64,000 nt of DNA, taken from positions 124,001 through 188,000 of the forward strand of contig VRMN01000012.1 in assembly GCA_008690995.1 (NCBI GenBank). Direction: 5' to 3'. The DNA is from Porphyridium purpureum. Taxonomy: Eukaryota. Shown here in pieces: positions 34,337 through 46,623 of the stretch (its first letter is position 1; every line of letters begins with the position of its first letter). The notes beneath the pieces are model-generated. The model worked only from the letters and a program-made list of their open reading frames with translations. It was not told where the DNA came from and ran no database searches. The translations under genes and the position numbers were made by a program.

Positions 34337-35853
34337 ATACGAGCTAGCAAACCCTATGCTTAATGGTTTGGGGTTATTGCTGGAGGATGCTTTGGAGTCG
34401 CGGGTGAGTCCACACCAGGCTGTGTTCTCGACTGTTTCAAAGAAGCGCTTCGGGTCTCAAGTCACCGTCATGGAGCCTTGTCGCTGTCAAGCTATTGCTT
34501 ATTCTAACAAACCCTTTTTCGTCTTCTTCTCCCTTCCTGCGGAGGACTGTGGCCCTCATATGTGACTCCACGTTTATGGTCTTCTTCTGGACATACTTTC
34601 ACGCTAGCAGCGGTGATTGCAGACCGCGTGTTCACAATGTCGGATTTACGACGCACAATCAAGAGCGCGCTGAATAGGCGTCCTTAAATGCAGACAACCC
34701 GATTTGTCGTATAGTCCGTGAGCATTTTCCCGCTCCAATTTTCTTCTGCACAATACCAAACCAGCGGGCAAGCGGACAACAGAACTTTTTTCCTGCGATT
34801 GTGCTTGTCCACGTTCCTTTGCTCCGTTATGTCACGTACTTTTACATGCGCTCGGCACCGCATCACTCATGTCTGTGTGCTTACGCTTCGTGCGTCCATC
34901 ACGCGGCACACACTTTTCTACCGCACACCTCGCGTTCACACGCACCCTTTATCTAGTTGCTTTGTTACGCTGCCGACTTCCAATGTACTTCAGCAGTCTT
35001 GTCTCAAGTGTATAATGGTGTATCTCTAATACACAGCCAAGATTCTAACACTCGTGCTACTAGTGATTGATACGGAGTGCACCGTAAGTTCTGGTAGGGT
35101 GGCAATTGCGCTGCGATATAATGTACGGGAGCGACCAGCATCGTGTGCAGTGGGTTTAGAAAAATTGTTTTATATATTGAGAGTACCGGAGCGCGGCGTT
35201 GTAGGCGGGAATTTGTTCGACATTGGGCAAGGTTTGAGGGAGTGTTAGTCTTTTACATCTTGAGGGTAAAAGTGCAAGTTTTACTTTCATACTTAACAAC
35301 TTCATCGGGGAGAGGTTTCTTAATTCGCGCAACTTCTGTTGAAGCGTGCAAAAGTTGAAGCGAAAACACGGTTCACCGTAAACGTGAAGGCTATGGAATG
35401 TTCTTTTATAAAGCAATTATCCCTCAAGAAAGATGCATTCTTCGAAGTGATTTGAAAGGCGCCCTTCGGTCAACGTTCTCGTCCCAAATTCACATGATGC
35501 TTGATAGTTTGTCCTAGAGTTGGCAATGTTCTTTGCTCCTGCAATGCGCACCTCGTCCGAAATAGTCAAATCGTTATATCCTTCCGGAAGAAGCATGAGA
35601 CGCACCATCATTCACTTTTCAGTTAACGATGTATTATGCGTCAGCGTATCGAAGATTTGTTTGCTGCCTTTATACAGCATAATTCTTGCTTGCGGGTTAG
35701 ACGCTTGCAATTCTTTTTGGATTGCTTCTGCAAAGTCGTACGCGTTGCATAGAGCAAGTAATTCGGTACTGAGAATTGACACAATCATCCGCTTAGCTTT
35801 GTTCGATGTGCCGTTAATGAAGTGCTCTCGACTCGAATCTTCTCCGAGAAGTA

Positions 35854-37404
35854 CAGTCCTGGCCAATTTAATTGTCCCACGGGATTATATGAAGTGTTTT
35901 TTGAATAACTCGACTTTTCGACTAGGTTGTCGTCTGTTTTGATGGCACGAAAAGAATCAGCGGCACGGAAAATGGGTAGGGGCGTCCAAAGTTATCGTAG
36001 AACAAAACGACAGGTGTGAGAAGTGCCGAAAAAGAGAAAAATAATAAAACAGGTTGATGAGGACAAACACGCTCATGAGAAGAGATTTAACTGTAGTAAC
36101 GAAACTAGTACTTGGTTTGACGGCCACCGGCGTCGATGCAAGCTTGCAGGCGACGGGGCATGCTCTCGAAAAGTGCCTCAACATACTTTGGCGCTTCCGT
36201 TCGCCAGCAGTCATAGATAACTGGAAGCATGTCATCGAGGCGCATAAACTGGCGTCCTTGCCAATGCACACGGCGAGAAACGATCGCCCACAGATTCTCA
36301 ACTGGATTCAAGTCCGGCAACCGCGCTGGCCAATCAAGTAGTGCGATTCCGACCGTGTCAAACAGCTCGCGCGTGCTCAGCGCTGCATGTCCGGGCGCAT
36401 TATCTTGCTGAAATATGAATGGACAATCCGGCTGATCAAGACGCCAGGGCAGTTCCAGTGCCCAGGGCATCATGACGTTCAGCATAACCTGCCGATATCG
36501 CTCGGCATTCAGCGAGCCTTGAACACGATGCAACGTACTCAGTCCGTGCCACGACATGGCACCCCAAAACATCGCGGATCCTCCGCCACTGTGGCGACGC
36601 ATGGTTGGCGCGGGCTCAGGGCCTCGCGTGCGCTGATAAGTCTTGTTGTACCCGTGCGGCCCGTCCAGCCGAAAGATCTTTTCATCCGAGAAGATGACAT
36701 TCTTCCAAAACGATAGCGGCTTGTGGACGTATTCTCGAGCAAATGCAAGCCGCTTGACTCGGTTCTTTTCCGAAATGAAGAACTTTCGCCTCTGTGCGAT
36801 AATACGAATCTCTGGTGATCTCTGCAGGATACGACGAACAGTTCTCGCACTGCACGCAAGCTGCAGCTCCGTCACTGCCTGTGCAGACGTCAACCTATCC
36901 GTAATGACGTGCCGAATCAGGCGACGCTCCAATTTCGGCGATATTGTCCGCGCCGGTCCGGGCTTCTTGAAAGCCCTTTTCTTGCCTCGGTTCTTCAGAA
37001 ATCGCTCCACAGTCTTGTAGGATGGTCCGGTCTTGTCTGGTCGCGGACGAGGACGTGCTGCAATGGCCCGCGGCGTCAGAAAGAGCCGGTGCAGAGCGTC
37101 AATCTGGCCTTTCTCAAAGTCGGAGAGCCGTGGTGCCATATTTCCGATGCTTGCGGTTGCTGGATTTGGTCACGATCTTATGCCCGAGTGCAGTAAATGT
37201 GTTAGTCTTCTTTCACAAGTCTTGAACCCCTTCATGGCCACATGAGGTCCCGCAAAAGCGCGCGCTTACCTCTGACCTGAGCAACAAAAATATGTTTAAA
37301 AAAGGTACAAACATTGATCTTATATGGAAAACGCTCGTTTTTATAATAAAACTGGAGTTCAGACGTTGAAATTGCACCTGGGACAACCATCTTGGCCAGG
37401 AGTG
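35854..37404 (-). mobile_element. Tc1 element B (1551 bp)
   Basis: Imperfect TIRs CAGTCCTGGCCAATTTAATTGTCCCA / CACTCCTGGCCAAGATGGTTGTCCCA with TA duplication. Confidence 0.93.
36105..37139 (-). CDS. Tc1 transposase, DD34E
   Basis: 344 aa; FSDEK, QQDNAP-(34 aa)-DLNPVEN, SMPRRL. Paralog of 27779..28795. Confidence 0.95.
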   Translation of the reverse strand: MAPRLSDFEKGQIDALHRLFLTPRAIAARPRPRPDKTGPSYKTVERFLKNRGKKRAFKKPGPARTISPKLERRLIRHVITDRLTSAQAVTELQLACSARTVRRILQRSPEIRIIAQRRKFFISEKNRVKRLAFAREYVHKPLSFWKNVIFSDEKIFRLDGPHGYNKTYQRTRGPEPAPTMRRHSGGGSAMFWGAMSWHGLSTLHRVQGSLNAERYRQVMLNVMMPWALELPWRLDQPDCPFIFQQDNAPGHAALSTRELFDTVGIALLDWPARLPDLNPVENLWAIVSRRVHWQGRQFMRLDDMLPVIYDCWRTEAPKYVEALFESMPRRLQACIDAGGRQTKY

Positions 37405-39299
37405 TACTTCAAATCCACGTTTTGGTCCACCGTCTAGGCGAATACCGTATGAAGCATCGGCATAGACATGAAGAAGAAGCTTTGTAGTGCAGAACATGGA
37501 CTTGTCAAAAGGCCTTGGTGCCACATGGAACTGTCTCGAAAGAGCTCGCATTTGGGTTATATATTCGGTTTTATTCGTTTGCTCTGTGGCTTGTGAGAGC
37601 CAGCTTTCGCTTCCAAGTCAATCACGACGAGTGCCATTCGTCATGAAAACTATTTTAGCGCGAATGGACCGAATCGTCTTGAATTCTCTGTCATTGTGGC
37701 ATGAAAGATCCACATTCGCTTTGATGCACGCATAATGGCTCCATTGTATCTCCTCGCTGGCCTGTGATACTCCAAAAGCCTTTGACTTGAATTGGGGTTG
37801 GAAACAGGCTGTTTTTCTCATAATGTGCGCTGACTCGATCCGAATTCTTTCTTGAGTACCTATCAAGCGTAATGGTACTTGATCCAAGCTTCCGCTATTC
37901 ACGCGAGCGCTACAAAGAAAGATACTTTCAAGATCCGCAATAACACTGGACACGAGTTGCTTTTATCTTCTTGACTGTGTCACGTGCTAATTCTCTGGTA
38001 ATGGAGGGCAACGCCTTGGACGCGTCAGCATCGGTCGCCCCACACAATTCTTGCGCGTTGATCACTTGATCTTTCCACAAAGGGAAAGCGACATCTCCCT
38101 CCAACTCGCCAAGTTCCTTGCCTTTGAGCATCTTTACGATTTCAACGCGAGCCTTTTGTTCTGTTCTTGCTGCGTCTAACATGGGTTGTTGCATGGAGGA
38201 CGACGGAGCGTTGGAACGCAGCGGGACAGAGGGCACTGCTGCATGGTTACCATCATGAATTCGAGCCTGATCTTGCGAGGCGGCAGCATGCGCAGCTGGC
38301 CCGGCGTCCGTCAAAAGATCTTGAAGTGCGACGTAATAGGTAATTTCGCACCCACTGCGCACCGTGACCCCATTGCTGGTAATTCATGGATTAGAATGTT
38401 GCGTCCCCAGAGATGCCCTGCATGTACACCTAAAGGCACAGTGCCTTAAAATAATTTAAAATTTTGAAGTACAGCGGCTTTTCGCCCACGTGGTTTTTTA
38501 CCCTGTACGTCTAGTTTGTGCATCGTTGTCTTTCGCCCTCAGGAGCCGGAGTCGCGTCCGAGGGGAGCTGGAGCCGCCTGGCGGCCGGCCGGCACCCATT
38601 GAGCCGCTTGCTGACGTGGCGTGCTGTGGCTTCGTTCTGTGGAACGAACGGAGGAAAGCCGGGCTTTTGGAGAAACCATTTCTCTATCCCGTGTAGAGGA
38701 CAGCAAAGACGGCGGGGTATATAATATGCGCGGGCCTTTGCGGTCCCCCGGATTTCTTGAGAGCGGAAGAAGTAGAGGCAAGGGAGTAGGACACAGAGAA
38801 TAAAGGAAGAGTTGTTCTTTGGTGTCGGGTGCCTGGGCGTGGTCGTTAGAAAGCGTGGGACCTTTTGCTGAGCCTGTTTAGCAAAGCCAGCATTACATCG
38901 TGCCTGAGGAGGTATCGGTGCCCTAAGAGCACTGAAGGCAGACGGCGGCTTTGTCCATTCAGACACCCTGCCCCTGTCAAGACCGGTGCTGCCTGTGCCG
39001 ACGCGAAAGGCAATAGTAAAGGCCTTGTGCGTTGGAATTTCCACGCCCCGGGTATTCGTCGTCTGTGGTGTGTACGTCGTGTGGTCGTGGTCTCGGTGCT
39101 GTGTGGGTCGTGTTGGTTTTCGGTCATCTGGGAAGAGTTGTGTCATCCGGGTTCGTGCGCTTGTCATCATCAAGCGTGCGAGAACTTAAAGGACTACCTT
39201 TACTTTACTTGAGAATTGCCGGACCCTTGTATTAAATGGTCGTCCGAGTTACTTGGAAATTCCGTTGTTACAGAGTATGAAAGCTCGCCCGCCTCGCGC

Positions 39300-42200
39300 T
39301 GGGTGAGCTGTTCAGAGTGATAAAAGGTCAGGGGTTCGTGAAGATTGTTTTGTCTTTTGGATGGCAGCTCGAAGCGAAGCTCGCTGTCGGCTCCCCTTAC
39401 ACGTCAGAGGGTGCTTTCATTTTTCTTTGAGACGGTGTGGATTTATCGCCACGGAGCATTTACACAAGTGCTCGCGGATGGTAAGTTTGAAGATGACGCC
39501 ACTTGGACCCAAATCCTGAAGGCGCAGGGGATTACGCCATTACGTCTTCCTCCACGCCACTGTACGAAGAATGGTGGATTGGAGAGAAAGAACAGGGAAT
39601 TTCGGAAGCATTTCGAGCGGCTCGCGGACAAGCAGGACACGGACTATGCGCATATGGCTGAGATCGCTACTCTTGCTCGTGACCTAGCAAATTGCCAAAG
39701 TGGCTCCCGCTTGGCTTCATTATTCGAGCCCGTGCGCGAGTATGCCCCGCATATTCCAGGCGGGGTAAGGTTGCCGGATGACACCCGTCAAGCTGACAAG
39801 AAAAGGCGAGCGCATCAGAAAATCCTCCAGATCAAACCTGCCAAAGCGCCCCATTTTTAAACGGATTACAAGATTGGAGAAAAGTCTTTTTCGCACATCA
39901 AGGATGGCTACACCAGGCGCTGGCAAGAAGCACAAGTAAAAGACAACTCAGCGGGTGGTGTCTAAATTGGAAAAGGACGCCACAAGCGTTGCGCTGCTTT
40001 CGAGGATCTCCTACCTCAGCTAGCGTTGGCAGAAGATATTGCCGTATCTGAGTAACTGCTAGGTCAATATGCACATCTAGAATATGATAGTCCTGAATGT
40101 ATACCATCAGCAGAATTTGATTTGATTCTATCTGGAGAACCGGTCGACAGCAAGCAGCGCAAGTCGGGAGCGCAATTGCAAGACGAAGCGGCAGATGAAC
40201 CCCCGGTAGAGCAGGTACTCGGAGCCTCACAACAATCAGATGCCGTCGCCTCTGAGACAAAGGCTATATCGGATTCTTCGACGGAAGACTTTTCTCGTGA
40301 CGTACCCATAGTTGCGAAACCAGACAAGGTGCAGCTTGCAAGTGGAGCAGAGATCTCGGAGTCTCCGTAGCGTGAGACCAAGACGTTAAAGTTTGAGCGA
40401 AAAGAAGATGAATGCGCGACTGATATCCATCAAGTTGGGAAAATTTTGGGACCGCGAAAAGGAGTACATGATGACAGTATCGTACAGACAGAAGTGAAAC
40501 GCTTACAGTTTAATCGTAAGCGGTGGCCCACATCGCCAGTTAGAGTATCCTCGCGCGTGAAGCGTCACACATAACGTTTCAACGAGAGCTACCCAGGTGA
40601 TTCTAAAGCAGCAGATCCTGTGAGGCAGGTAAGAAATATTTTCGGTTTCGTTCCAATCTTTTGTCACAAGGCAATGAATTGCGCGCTACCCACTGTTGTG
40701 GCTGCACAAGCGCTTCGGGTTGAAACGAAGGATTGGAAAGACGTTTATGAGTACGTCGATGTAGAAGATTTTCCGCGCCAATTAAATGCGATCGGCGCAA
40801 ACGTCATTTTTATGTGAAGCCTATCCAGGATGGCAAGCCCCAATCAGCTAAAGGCTCGGCTCGTGTTACGCGGTCATCGTGATCAAGAGAAGAATACAAT
40901 TCGTGGGGATGCGCCAGCGCCAAGCAGCACCGCACAGAGGATTGTGGGATCCATTGCCGCGGCAACGAGATCGTCGTTCTTCAATGTTGATGTGGGGGGA
41001 GCGTACCTAAAAAGCGGACCATCGCAAAGGTCAATCTTTGTTCGAGTCCCAGCGTTCATAGAAGCCAGGAAGCGTGTGCCGTGGCGCCTTGTAAAATTCC
41101 CCGACGGACTGACAGACGCAGGTCGCCAGAGGTGTGCTGCGGGCGATACCCAGCTCAAGGATATGTGCTTGCTCCAATCTCTGTACTATCCGCAAATCTT
41201 TTCGAACAAAGGCAAAATCCTGATGTTTGCAAAGTACGTAGACGATTTATTTGACGCTGGTGAATCCAATGCCATATTTTAGTTTCTTACGATGTTCGAA
41301 ACAAAGTTCAAGTTTGGCGCGAAGCAAGTCCCACCAGAGATCATGAGATTTGTTGGCTGGAATGTGTCCTGAGGCGAACGAAGAGAACATCCTCTTGCGC
41401 TTAGCCAAAAAGAGTACGCTGCAAGAGGGCAACTGCTAGATGTAGACAAGAACAAATCGAGTGTCACTAGAGCAGATAAGCAGCATTCTCTTCGTCTGTG
41501 CGGGCAGATAAAGTGGCTGAGTCATAGAACCTTCCCAAGTGCCGCTTTTGCAGTTTCGTTTTTATTGCAACGGATATCTACGTTGCAAGTTCAAGATCTC
41601 TGCACGGCCAACGTGGTGCTGAAAGAGTGCATGAAATTGAAGAAAACAGTTGCTTACAAGGCTACAGAAGAAGGCTCGAACGACAGCCTGAGGAAGAAAT
41701 AGCGTATTCAGTTCTTTACTGATACCGGGTTTCCACATGGTAGGGAAACACCGTTCGCTCAGCTTAGTATCGTGGTAGGACGTTGATGTGGATCGCTTTC
41801 TCACCTCATTCATTGGGAGTCACGACGAGTGCGCAAAGTTCTGTAGTCATCACCGCACGCGGAGCTGGTTGCTATTTCGCAGGGCTATGCCACCGGAAAG
41901 CTAGCACAAGCCTTCCTTCTTGAGTTTGCCGGAGTAAGTGTCCCATTGAACGGGTTTACTGATGCCGAAGGTATACAATCAAACTTAACTACGAGCAGCA
42001 GTGACATTGAAACGATCATGAGTAGAGACGATGCTCTGGTATGGCACGAAATGGAAGTTGAGAAACTCGCGTATTTGTCTTGGAACCCAGGAAGCCAGAA
42101 CCAAGCAGCCTGCTTGACGAAGCGTGTCACCAGAAACGCCTTCTCAATCTTGAGTTGTTAGATGGCAAAAAGCGATTTGCCAGAGCCCGCACGGCTCGCC
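39300..42200 (+). mobile_element. Decayed Copia pol (integrase, RT, RNase H)
   Basis: 39345..39860 (WIYRHG...AD...GLERKNR), 40830..41282 (LKARLVLRG...DAP...DVGGAYL...KYVDD), 41946..42161 (NQAACLTK). Confidence 0.88.
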
Positions 42201-44060
42201 ACAAATTGGCGCAGAGCTAAAGCGGTCAATTTTCGCTGCGACCGTATGCAGGCACGAAAATAGAGGACACGCCTTTTTCGTGACGGCAGTGTTCAATTAC
42301 GGTTGCGCCAAGCGATGCACAATTGGCGGTCGCGCGCTTATGCCCGATGCAGGTTTAAAAAGTGCGATAAGAAGGACCCAAACGGGCGAGAGAGCCGTTA
42401 CGGCCTGGTAGTCGGCCTGCAGGCGGTCGGCCACGCATCTCTGCCGTGAACGGGTATCAAATAAGCGGGCAACTTCGCGTGCTGCGGAGCTTTGTAGATG
42501 AAAGGAAGAAAGGAAAGAACTAGGCAAGGCAAAAAGTAAGATATCTGCTCTTGCGGTGGTCGTTTTCTGAAAATTTGTGTGGCAGAGCAGCGAAACACAC
42601 CTGTGGCGTACAAGTAGGGTAGCTTGGGCTAGCTTTGCCAGGCACTCGACGCTCGCGCAAACTGGCAATGAAATACCGCGTTGGTAGCCGCCAGTCGGGC
42701 CGCAGCGCGGCCGTTGCGTTCACTCAAACAAGCCAACCTTAACAATTGTCGTCATTCGTCTCAATTAAAAATGTGCATCTTGTGGAGATTTCTCACTGTA
42801 CCAAGTAGATGTGAATGATGTATTCCTCTGACGAAAACCATGGATCGCGAAAATTTTACCCGTTTGCTGATGGCTTCTTAGAATGGAACAGACTGTAGGA
42901 ATTGGTTCCAAAAGCCCATGACCTGGTTGATGCACAAGCGTCGCATTGAGGTATTGGGGTTGCTCTGATAATCATGGAGTTTATTCAGAGCAAGCTTTGC
43001 CATCAACAATTCTAGAAAACGAAAATCCTGCTTCTAACATGACCCAAAGATGGTCATGGTTTGGTGGTTCAACGGCGTATGGGTCGATCACTGGCACGTC
43101 TGTCCGCCAGTTTATGTCGGCACGAGACACATGAGCAAGAAATGAGGAAAAAGAAAAGGACCGCACGAGTTGCCCAGGTGGGATTGTAGACGAAGGACAG
43201 CTTGTGAGGATAAAAAGAGACGAAACGAGCAGGGTGAGACGAGAGAGGGAGACCTTTCCTGCGGCAGACGGTCGGCGGCTGTGAAGGACTATCCATGGCA
43301 CGCCGGTCAAGTATGTTGACATTGTCTTTCTTTGCAGACTTCGATCGTCGGTAAAGGCTTTGGCGGAAAGCTCAAGCAGGCGATTTTCAGTCGGTCCCAT
43401 TGGAATTGATGCTTTCCAACACTTGGATTCTTTCTTCACTAAAAGTGCAGACGGAAATAATGTACCAATACAGACTCGGGCCGATAGTGGAAACATGTTT
43501 TCAGTGCGAATCTATTCAGCGTAGCAAGATCGGAAGCCTGAGAAAATGCGCAGTCCTCGTTTCGGTACTTTCTTACGTTTCTTTTTCAACGCATATCTCG
43601 TAAGCTCGTGCCGCCCAGCAATGTCCTCATTCCCACTGTACTTTCATGAGAAAATTAGCCCGTTGAAACCGACCCTAATTTTAGCATTACAATAAGGAGA
43701 AGATGGTATGTGGAGTTCCTCCATTTTTCCTGTCTGCTTGTTGCGGCCCCGCAAAAAGGACACCAAAAAACACAGCGCTTCGTAAGCAGTCCCACCCTCA
43801 CGCAAACGTACCTGTCCGTATCACTCCCATCCACTGTAACCCACTCCCCGTAGCCTTACACTCGGCAGCTCTCTCTGCCCGAGCGGATGAATCCTTCCAG
43901 AAACCTTCCAAACTCCGCTTTTCTTCCCAAGATCCATACCCTTTTATTTTCCGTCACTATCGATCCCAGCTTAATTTTACGACATTTTAAAGGCGAGCTC
44001 TAGTGCTTAAAAAAAACCTCAGGGAAAAAAGCTTAACTAGAATTCACCTCCGCGCCCCCT

Positions 44061-44151
44061 CACCGCGGCACCTCACCGCGGCACCTCACCGCGGCACCTC
44101 ACCGCGGCACCTCACCGCGGCACCTCACCGCGGCACCTCACCGCGCCCACT
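44061..44151. repeat. 13-bp minisatellite CACCGCGGCACCT x6 plus a variant
   Basis: Direct reading. Confidence 0.95.
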
Positions 44152-45038
44152 CGCTGACTTACACGCGCTTCCGCTTCGCTACGACGGTCCGCGCACCGTC
44201 TCCCGGGTCCGCAGCCCATCTCAGGCTGTCCTGCAACATGCTGTACATTTGTTTTGACGCACAAAACCTTTCCGTGCCGAGAAACGTGCACCGGGTCTTT
44301 AAGCCCACTTTCCGTTCGCCCCTGGACTGGCATATTGTTGTATCTAAAAACGGAACTCCTGCATCTAGAATGCTTCATGTGAAAGGACGGGGCATACGCT
44401 CCACCCTTCAAGTCAACTCGGCCATGAAAGAAACAGGTTTCAGTGAGACATTGAGTCACATGCATTGAACAACACGCGACATGTTACATGCGGCACCAAC
44501 ACTCAAAATGGGATGAGTCCTCCAAAGTAATACCAGGCGCCACGTCATACTTCTTGAAGATCTCGTCTCCTGCGCGGGAAAGCCGCCGCCGCGTCCAACG
44601 ACCACCGTCGTCCACACTTCTTGGCGCGCCTCTCCAGCGAAAGTTGGAAGGCGATAAAAGTACAGTGCATCAACCATAAGGTACAGTGGTTTGACGATAC
44701 CGCCAGCGCATAATAAAGCGCGCTTATTTTATAGACTTTTTGCAAACGATCATAAAACGCGCTCGTTTTCGTATGTGCCGCGAAATCTCGGCGAATTTCT
44801 GGCGGCACGCGTGCGCGCAGCGACTGGGAGCTGAAGGGCATTGGCAGGACTTTGCGCGAGTTTGCGCGGCGCGACAGAGAGCTGTGCGTGTGTTGTGCGT
44901 GTCTGCGCGGGACTCGGCGTCGCTCAGCATCGCTCTGGCCAAGGCATTGATGCTGCCAATCCGCTTGAATGGGCGGTTCACGTGCGAGTTCTGAACACGG
45001 AAGACGTTGAACAGAGACCTGGCCCTGACACTGACGAG

Positions 45039-46565
45039 ATGGAATCCGATGTGAGTCAAGGTGGACGCGGGGAAAAGAATGTGTCAGGGCATAAGGATCT
45101 GCGTGCCGAGACACAGCCACTGGTGATGAGCGTTCGTGGGAATGGAAGGTCTGAGCGTAGCTTTGTGGCCGGGCCGGGCATTGGAGTGGGACTTGCGATA
45201 CATCCTGGGCCACATGCGCATGACAATGTGCACTTGGCGGTGAATCATAGTGTGTTTGATGCAGAGAGAGAGCAGGCATCAGAACCATTTTTGGGCAGCA
45301 ATGTAGAGGTGCATGTGCTCGCAGTTGAAGGTGGTGGGGTCGTTGAGCTCCATCGCGAAAAGGACTTGTCGATCCCGGCTGCCGTGGTCAATGTGGTCAA
45401 ACTCACGCTTGGCGCGGGCTCGTTTGCGATTCCGTGGTGCTTTCAGCAGTCTGGCTTAGCGGCGGGATGCGCTGGTATCCTCGGGATGGCGCTCTTTACA
45501 TACGTGTCCGTGGGCTTCTTACTGAGCGCGAAGGACGCGCTTCTGGAGAAAGGCATTCAGGAGGACCGTATTACGTACGCCAGTATTGCTTCACATGCAT
45601 TGGGCCCCAATTGGAGCATACTGGTCCAGTTGGCCACGAGCTTTTCGTGTCTCTTTGCGTGCGCGGGATACGTGGCCTTTATTTCCGGCATTCTCGAAGA
45701 TTATGTCGACGCGCTGTCGCTCCGTGGCGCGTGTATGCTGCTGGTACCGATCTTAACCCTGCTGAGCTGGATCCGCACCTGGAAGCACGTGTCTCTGTGG
45801 AGCGCGCTCGGCAACCTTGCGTTTGGTCTGACCATGCTTGCGGTGGTGAGCGACGTGCTCAGCAAAACGTATCTCATCCGGCCGCTCACACAGTATCCGC
45901 TGGTGCAGTGGCGCACACTGCCGCTTCTCTTTGGCCCGGTTACCTTTTTATTCTGCTTCCCCTATTGTATCATTCCGATTGAGTCCGAGATGCGCGTGCG
46001 TGAGCATTTCCGAACGTATGTCATGCCTATTTCTCTGGGCATCTGTGGCCTTCTCAATGTAGCCTTTGGACTTGTGTGCTATATGGTATACCAGGACACC
46101 ACGAGAGACAACGTGGTTCGCAATCTGACGCAGGGACCTCTCGTCGCTGTGGTCTCCGTGGGGCTCGCCGTAGACCTTCTTTTCACCTATGCGTTGATGC
46201 TAGCACCACCGCGGGAATACCTGGAGGAGTACGTTCTTGCCTGGTTTGTGACAAACCGCGATACCAGTCAAGATATGGCGACTAATCAAGTCAAGCACGA
46301 AACAATAGTACGCAACGTGGTGCGATTCCTGCTCGTCCTGCTCACGGTGGGTATCGCCGTGGTCATTCCAAGCTTTGCGGGCATTACGGGACTGGTGGGC
46401 TCATTCAGCGATACGCTGATGAGCGGCGTGTTGCCGCCTCTCATGCTTGCGGGTGAGTTGTCGGCCATGTCGTCGCGCAAGCGTCTCTTGCAGGGTGTGA
46501 CGCTTCTAGGCAGTTTGTGGATGCTATTTATCACTTCTTCGAGCGTGCAGAATCTGTTCGTATAA
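45039..46565 (+). CDS. Amino acid/auxin permease (AAAP, Aa_trans) family transporter
   Basis: NVVKLTLGAGSFAIPWCFQQSG, multiple TM segments, IPIESEMR, IPSFAGITGLVGS. First ATG at 45039. Confidence 0.92.
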   Translation: MESDVSQGGRGEKNVSGHKDLRAETQPLVMSVRGNGRSERSFVAGPGIGVGLAIHPGPHAHDNVHLAVNHSVFDAEREQASEPFLGSNVEVHVLAVEGGGVVELHREKDLSIPAAVVNVVKLTLGAGSFAIPWCFQQSGLAAGCAGILGMALFTYVSVGFLLSAKDALLEKGIQEDRITYASIASHALGPNWSILVQLATSFSCLFACAGYVAFISGILEDYVDALSLRGACMLLVPILTLLSWIRTWKHVSLWSALGNLAFGLTMLAVVSDVLSKTYLIRPLTQYPLVQWRTLPLLFGPVTFLFCFPYCIIPIESEMRVREHFRTYVMPISLGICGLLNVAFGLVCYMVYQDTTRDNVVRNLTQGPLVAVVSVGLAVDLLFTYALMLAPPREYLEEYVLAWFVTNRDTSQDMATNQVKHETIVRNVVRFLLVLLTVGIAVVIPSFAGITGLVGSFSDTLMSGVLPPLMLAGELSAMSSRKRLLQGVTLLGSLWMLFITSSSVQNLFV

Positions 46566-46623
46566 GACACTAAGATCCAGAACACATGCACAACAAAAGA
46601 TCCTTTATTGCCTCACGCGCGTG

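Larger units (their letters stand above)
35420..38370 (-). mobile_element. Internally deleted Copia remnant (Gag-like plus RNase H), split by Tc1 element B
   Basis: VYADASYG...GFEV (37405-37470) continues as LLGED...SNKAKRMIVSILSTELLAL (35612-35853) across the TA target. Gag-like frame 37928..38362. Confidence 0.75.

Noticed and set aside
38480..39240. Possible LTR pairing with 42300-42720
   Set aside because: Only a vague TATA-plus-purine-tract similarity; no definable termini or TSD.
44061..44151. CRISPR-like or telomeric array (also 54869-54943)
   Set aside because: Head-to-tail repeats without spacers, no cas genes, and not a telomere motif.
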